Under the pieces are notes generated by a model that saw only the letters and a program-made list of their open reading frames with translations, made no database searches and had not been told where the DNA came from. Position numbers and translations under genes: made by a program. A stretch of 62,840 nucleotides of DNA, filler included. It is 20 parts of 20 records of this genome, joined end to end, with 100 filler letters (N's around TTAATTAATTAA, not from the genome) between each part and the next. Parts side by side here need not be neighbours in the genome. Positions count along the whole stretch, not along the records: positions 56,846 to 59,916 come from SRR16133337_29585; positions 60,017 to 62,840 come from SRR16133337_29737; 18 more parts are not named here. One strand, given 5' to 3'. Positions 57,778 through 62,840 of the stretch are shown here, one piece after another (the stretch's first letter is position 1; each line of letters begins with the position of its first letter).

Positions 57778-59784
57778 ATGTCTAAACCTACTGAACAAAG
57801 AATACAGCAACTAAGAGAAGAGTTGCATACGCAAAATTACAACTACTATGTGCTGGATAATGCCTTGATTTCAGATTACGAATTTGATATCAAATTAAAA
57901 GAATTAGAAAAGCTAGAAACTGAATTTCCTCAATTTTTTGATGCCAATTCTCCCACACAACGCATTGGGGGAACGGTGACAAAAAACTTTGAAACCATCA
58001 CTCATAAAAACAGCATGTATTCTTTAGACAATTCCTATTCAAAAGAAGATTTGTTGGATTGGGAAAAGAGAATTCAGAAAATTGTAGAAAGTCCGATAGA
58101 ATACACCTGCGAATTAAAATACGACGGAGTCTCTATCAATATCACTTATGAAAAGGGAAAGTTAGTAAAAGCAGTAACTCGTGGAGATGGGTTTCAAGGA
58201 GATGATGTAACCACCAATATAAAAACCATTCGTTCTTTACCCTTACAACTACAAGAGGATTTTTTAGCGTATTTTGAAATTCGTGGAGAGATTGTATTGT
58301 CCTTAGACGGATTTCATCAAATGAATAAAGAACGAATAGAAGCAGGAGAAGAACCCTACGCAAATCCCAGAAATACAGCAAGCGGTAGTTTAAAATTGCA
58401 AGACAGTGCTGAAGTCGCAAAAAGACCTTTAGATTGTCTCTTGTATCAAGTAGTGGCAGATAAACATCAATTTGTTTCACATGCTGAAATTTTAGAGCAA
58501 GCAAGAAAATCAGGGTTTAAAATACCCACCACAATTACCGTTGCCAAAAATATAGAGGAGGTAGTTGCTTTTGTTGAAGAATGGGAGGTAAAACGTCACG
58601 ATTTACCTTATGAGACAGATGGAGTTGTCGTAAAAGTAAACTCACTGCAACAACAGGAAGAATTGGGTTATACCGCAAAAGCACCCCGTTGGGCAATGGC
58701 ATACAAGTTTAAAACAGAGCAACAAAGTACTGTTTTAAGAGAAATTACTTACCAAGTGGGAAGAACAGGAGCAATTACTCCAGTAGCCAATTTAGAGGCA
58801 GTGCAATTGGGAGGTACTACGGTTAGAAGAGCTTCTTTACACAATGCAGATCAAATTACGAAGTTAGATATTCGATTAGGAGATACAGTTTATGTTGAGA
58901 AAGGGGGAGAAATTATCCCTAAAATAGTAGCGGTGGACTTTTCTAAAAGAGCGAAGGATTCCAAAATAACAGCATATGCCACCCATTGTCCAGAATGTGA
59001 TACTGTTTTAGTTCGAAAAGAAGGAGAAGCCAAGCATTTTTGTCCGAATGAATTTGGATGCCCACCACAAATTACAGGAAGAATACAGCATTTTATCAGC
59101 AGAAAAGCGATGGATATTGAGGGATTGGGAGGGGAGACTATTGATTTGCTACGAAAAGAGGGGCTGATACAAAACTATGCAGATTTGTACGAATTGAAAA
59201 TAGAACAAATTATCCCTTTAGAGCGGATGGCAGAAAAATCAGCACAAAATATAATTGAAGGAATCAAAAAATCTAAAGAGATTCCTTTTGAAAAAGTCCT
59301 ATTTGCATTAGGAATTCGTTTTGTAGGAGAAACCGTTGCTAAAAAATTAGCCAAATATTTTAAAAATATCGATGCTTTGATGCAAGCTTCTTTTGAAGAA
59401 TTGATTGCCGTAGATGAAATTGGAGATAAAATAGCAGAGAGCATTGCCAACTTTTCAAAGGATCCTTTGAATGTTCATTTGATAGATAGAATGAAAAGAT
59501 ACGGAGTTCAATTAGCTTTGTCTACAGCACTGTTAGAAAATCAATCAGAGCGATTGCAAGGTAAAATATTTGTAGTTTCAGGAGTTTTTCATAAAATGAG
59601 TCGTACGGAACTAAAAAAAACCATAGAAAATAATGGGGGCAAGGTTTCAAGTTCCATTTCTAAAAAGACAACGTATCTTCTTGCGGGTGATGCTATGGGA
59701 CCTCGTAAACTAGAAAAAGCAACAAAATTAGAAATAGCGATTATTTCAGAAGATGATTTTATAAAGATGCTCCCTGAAATCTAG
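57778..59784 (+). CDS. ligA: NAD-dependent DNA ligase
   Basis: ELKYDG, TRGDG, NPRNTASGSL, QVGRTG, C4 zinc finger, HhH, BRCT; likely start ATG 57778. Confidence 0.98.
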   Translation: MSKPTEQRIQQLREELHTQNYNYYVLDNALISDYEFDIKLKELEKLETEFPQFFDANSPTQRIGGTVTKNFETITHKNSMYSLDNSYSKEDLLDWEKRIQKIVESPIEYTCELKYDGVSINITYEKGKLVKAVTRGDGFQGDDVTTNIKTIRSLPLQLQEDFLAYFEIRGEIVLSLDGFHQMNKERIEAGEEPYANPRNTASGSLKLQDSAEVAKRPLDCLLYQVVADKHQFVSHAEILEQARKSGFKIPTTITVAKNIEEVVAFVEEWEVKRHDLPYETDGVVVKVNSLQQQEELGYTAKAPRWAMAYKFKTEQQSTVLREITYQVGRTGAITPVANLEAVQLGGTTVRRASLHNADQITKLDIRLGDTVYVEKGGEIIPKIVAVDFSKRAKDSKITAYATHCPECDTVLVRKEGEAKHFCPNEFGCPPQITGRIQHFISRKAMDIEGLGGETIDLLRKEGLIQNYADLYELKIEQIIPLERMAEKSAQNIIEGIKKSKEIPFEKVLFALGIRFVGETVAKKLAKYFKNIDALMQASFEELIAVDEIGDKIAESIANFSKDPLNVHLIDRMKRYGVQLALSTALLENQSERLQGKIFVVSGVFHKMSRTELKKTIENNGGKVSSSISKKTTYLLAGDAMGPRKLEKATKLEIAIISEDDFIKMLPEI

Positions 59785-60016
59785 ATTGTTGACATTTTAA
59801 ACTTTTGGGGGAGTGAGAAGAAGAAAGACGACATGACAAAAATAAATGGTATCACCGTATCATGGTTTCACCATTTGCAAGACAAATACAGCAAAAAATT
59901 AGAGTTCAATTTTCCANNNNNNNNNNNNNNNNNNNNNNNNNNNNNNNNNNNNNNNNNNNNTTAATTAATTAANNNNNNNNNNNNNNNNNNNNNNNNNNNN
60001 NNNNNNNNNNNNNNNN

Positions 60017-60095
60017 AAATAGCCATGAAAAAAAGTGTCATCAAAACAACAACTATAGAAAGTCTGTTTATTATGGCTTTTTGTTCTGTACTCAA
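60017..60095 (-). CDS. ftsI: Probable start of FtsI/PBP3 (truncated)
   Basis: TTG immediately after the ftsL stop; STEQKAIINRLSIVVVLMTLFFMAI N-terminal TM; dcw gene order. Confidence 0.55.
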
Positions 60096-60096
60096 T

Positions 60097-60411
60097 TTAT
60101 TTTGTTTTTGTGATTACTTTTATTTTTGTTGGGGGTATTTTGGAGGGACTCAATCCTTTTTCTTTTACTTTTTCTTTTATAGAAGATTCCATTTTCATCC
60201 TTGTTAACAACGTTCCAGAATCTATATATAAGGATTTCATCATTTTCATTTGTGTACTCATTTTTGCGATCTCCATTACCTTCCGATCTGCATTATGTGA
60301 GCTTGAGATCATAAAAAGCAACAATAGGACTATAAAAACGATTATTCTCCAGTTTTTAAAAGCTCCTTCATCCACTAACCCTTTCCCTCTTAAGACATCG
60401 TAGATTCTCAT
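60097..60411 (-). CDS. ftsL: FtsL-like cell division protein
   Basis: KNWRIIVF TM, ISSSHNADRK, coiled coil; follows rsmH. Confidence 0.85.
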   Translation of the reverse strand: MRIYDVLRGKGLVDEGAFKNWRIIVFIVLLLLFMISSSHNADRKVMEIAKMSTQMKMMKSLYIDSGTLLTRMKMESSIKEKVKEKGLSPSKIPPTKIKVITKTK

Positions 60412-61322
60412 TTTTTTTTCGTTTCTTTTAAGATGGCTATTCTTAATTTTGCACTTCTTGCTCTATTATTACGTTTAATTTCTTCTTTTGTTGGAACGAT
60501 CATTTTTCCAACATTTTTCAACGGAACCTCAATATTTCCATAAAAATCTTTTTCAGGTTCCCCTTCAAACAATCCGTTTTTAATAAAACGTTTTACCAAC
60601 CTATCTTCAAGCGAATGGTAAGAAATTACACTTAACCTACCATTCCTCTCCAACATTTTAGGAATTTGTAGCAAAAATTCTTTTAGGACTTCGAGTTCTT
60701 GATTGACTTCGATTCGAATAGCTTGAAATATTTGTGCTAATATTTTCTGTTCTTTTGCTTGAGGTAAAAATTGACACAACACCTCTTTTAATTGATAACT
60801 CGTTGCTATCTTTTCTTTTTTTCTTTCTTCAGCAATTTTAGCGGCTAACGCTCTAGCATTTCTTAATTCTCCATACTGAAACAAAACAGCACCCAAACGT
60901 TCTTCACTATACGTATTGACCACAGCATAGGCTGAGAGTTCCTCTTTATAATTCATTCTCATATCGAGATTTGCATCAAAACGAGTTGAAAATCCTCTCT
61001 CTGCTTTATTAAATTGATGTGATGAGACTCCCAAATCTCCTAAAATTCCATTTACTTTAGAGACTCCATAAAACCTTAAAAAACGAGAAATATGTCTAAA
61101 ATTCTCTTCAATTAAAACAAAACGCTCATCGTTTATTTTATTTTGCCGTGCATCTGGATCTTGATCAAAAGCAAATAATTTTCCATCGGATCCTAATCGA
61201 CTTAAAATTTCTTTTGAATGCCCCCCTCCTCCAAAAGTTACATCTACATAAATACCCTCTGGAATAATATCCAAAGCATCTACGCTTTCTTTTAACAAAA
61301 CAGGATCATGATATATTTCCAT
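60408..61322 (-). CDS. rsmH: 16S rRNA m4C1402 methyltransferase
   Basis: HDPVLLKE, DVTFGGGGHS, DLGVSSHQ, SYHSLEDR, RARSAKLR. Confidence 0.97.
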   Translation of the reverse strand: MEIYHDPVLLKESVDALDIIPEGIYVDVTFGGGGHSKEILSRLGSDGKLFAFDQDPDARQNKINDERFVLIEENFRHISRFLRFYGVSKVNGILGDLGVSSHQFNKAERGFSTRFDANLDMRMNYKEELSAYAVVNTYSEERLGAVLFQYGELRNARALAAKIAEERKKEKIATSYQLKEVLCQFLPQAKEQKILAQIFQAIRIEVNQELEVLKEFLLQIPKMLERNGRLSVISYHSLEDRLVKRFIKNGLFEGEPEKDFYGNIEVPLKNVGKMIVPTKEEIKRNNRARSAKLRIAILKETKKK

Positions 61323-61812
61323 CTTCTTCTACATTTACAGTTGTTCCCATAACTTCTTCTGTCAAATCTGCAAAATTAATCATAGCTTCCTCTATGGCTT
61401 TTTCATACTTGTCTTTATCCCATATCTCAACAATATTGATCGCTGAAGACATAACCACTTCTTTCTTTATTCCAGAAAAAACTTGTAAATCTCTAGGAAT
61501 CAACAGCCTTCCTGTTGTATCCAACTCTATCCTTTTTACACCAGCAATAAACCTTCTAATAAAATCATTGTTCTTTTTCACAAATCGATTCAAACCATTG
61601 ATTTGTTGCATTACAGCATTCCACTCTTTCATAGGATACAGCTCCAGGCATGGCTGAAAAACAGAACGTTTCAAAACAAAACCTTCCTGTAAAACAGACT
61701 CCAACTGTTTTTTTAAAGCAGAGGGCAACAACATCCTTCCTTTTGCATCTGCTTTACATTCATAGGTTCCAATAATCCCTTCTAATTCAAATTTATTTTG
61801 TTTGTGTATCAT
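61306..61812 (-). CDS. mraZ: Transcriptional regulator MraZ
   Basis: Two DxxGR motifs (DAKGR, DTTGR), VEIWD; first gene of the dcw cluster. Confidence 0.95.
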   Translation of the reverse strand: MIHKQNKFELEGIIGTYECKADAKGRMLLPSALKKQLESVLQEGFVLKRSVFQPCLELYPMKEWNAVMQQINGLNRFVKKNNDFIRRFIAGVKRIELDTTGRLLIPRDLQVFSGIKKEVVMSSAINIVEIWDKDKYEKAIEEAMINFADLTEEVMGTTVNVEEDGNIS

Positions 61813-61835
61813 TAGAAACCAAAAATACTAATTTT

Positions 61836-61865
61836 TTACCACAATTTACCACAATTTACCACATT
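61836..61865 (-). promoter_or_regulatory. MraZ-binding direct repeats
   Basis: Three TGTGGTAA units at 10-nt period on the minus strand just upstream of mraZ. Confidence 0.8.
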
Positions 61866-62023
61866 GTTAATAACTCTTTCCTTTGAACCCTACAAAATCT
61901 ACAGGACTCATTTTCTGCTATTTAAAAATAAAATAACGTAAATCCTGAACAAATAAATCGAAAATGATTTTTTGTAAAAAAAAGATTACCTTTGTCAATT
62001 GTTAAAAAAGCAGAATTTTAAAA

Positions 62024-62788
62024 ATGTCCGAAAACCTAATTACAGAAGGGAAATTCAAATATCTTGAGGCAGGAGAAGGAAAAACGATCATTGTTTTACA
62101 TGGGTTGATGGGAACACCGAATATGTTTCACGAGGTTCTTTATTATTTTTCTGAAAATGGATATAAAGTAATCATTCCCGAGTTGCCCATATACAACCTA
62201 CCTTTGATGAAGACAAATATTAAGAGTTTCTCTCTTTTTATTAAAAAATTTATCCTTCATAAAAAATTAGACAGTGCCATTGTACTTGGAAACTCTTTGG
62301 GTGGACATATCGCTTTGTATCTTACAAAACATTTTCCTGAACTCGTCAACACACTTGTATTGACAGGGAGTTCTGGATTGTATGAAAAAGCCATGGGAGA
62401 CACCTATCCAAAAAGAGGTGATTATGAATATGTAAAAGCCAAAATTGAAAGTGTTTTTTACGACCCCAAAACGGCTTCTAAAGAAATGGTTGACGATCTT
62501 TTTAAAGTGGTCAACGATAGGAGAAGTGTTCTTCGTATTTTATCCCTAGCAAAAAGTGCTATCAGACATAATATGGCAAATGACTTACCTAACATGAAAG
62601 TACCCACGTGCCTCGTATGGGGAAAACAGGATAATGTTACACCTCCAGAAGTTGGAGAAGATTTTAATAATTTGATGCCGAATTCTGAATTGTTTTGGCT
62701 TGACAAATGCGGACACGCTCCGATGGTAGAACACCCTGCAACGTTTAACAAGATTGTACACGCTTGGTTTAAAAAGCACCGTATCTAA
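62024..62788 (+). CDS. Alpha/beta hydrolase
   Basis: LHGLMG, GNSLGG nucleophile elbow, WGKQDNVTP, CGHAPM. Confidence 0.92.
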   Translation: MSENLITEGKFKYLEAGEGKTIIVLHGLMGTPNMFHEVLYYFSENGYKVIIPELPIYNLPLMKTNIKSFSLFIKKFILHKKLDSAIVLGNSLGGHIALYLTKHFPELVNTLVLTGSSGLYEKAMGDTYPKRGDYEYVKAKIESVFYDPKTASKEMVDDLFKVVNDRRSVLRILSLAKSAIRHNMANDLPNMKVPTCLVWGKQDNVTPPEVGEDFNNLMPNSELFWLDKCGHAPMVEHPATFNKIVHAWFKKHRI

Positions 62789-62840
62789 AATAGTTGTCAG
62801 TTGTGAAAAATGAAAAATGTGGAATTGTTGAATTGTGAAA

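Noticed and set aside
61836-61865. Short direct repeats as a CRISPR or novel array
   Set aside because: 10-nt period with no spacers directly upstream of mraZ; explained as MraZ boxes. No CRISPR array was seen in the window.

Overview
This window is not one genomic locus. It is an artificial concatenation of 20 short contigs joined by 19 identical 100-nt linkers (44 N + TTAATTAATTAA + 44 N), and at least two organisms are mixed. (i) Flavobacteriaceae-like (Bacteroidota) contigs: a prophage fragment with an XRE/Cro regulator and hicAB (19203-21956); a surface-polysaccharide cluster with wzt, a methyltransferase, two glycosyltransferases, an LTA-synthase-family and a GDPD-like gene (22057-29909); dnaK followed by accessory/defence-like genes separated by attC-like sites (30010-36033); ychF/M48; bioF/bioD; truncated globin/putative OMP/DUF5362-like; SDR/ligA; and mraZ-rsmH-ftsL-ftsI. 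(ii) AT-rich, intron-containing eukaryotic (protist-like) contigs with exons of a LAMMER kinase and a calponin-homology protein, MITE-like elements and a microsatellite, plus a Ty3/gypsy-type LTR retroelement (1-5822). Most notable: the retroelement has gag and pol in one frame separated by a single TGA in a CAA-TTA readthrough context and carries a ~216-aa insertion inside RNase H that resembles a catalytically degenerate OTU domain; the genes downstream of dnaK look like integron-style cassettes with R''/R' complementarity across one cassette but no integrase on the contig; and a prophage HTH gene is tightly bracketed by a perfect 17-bp inverted repeat. All family calls come from reading motifs by eye; no searches were run.
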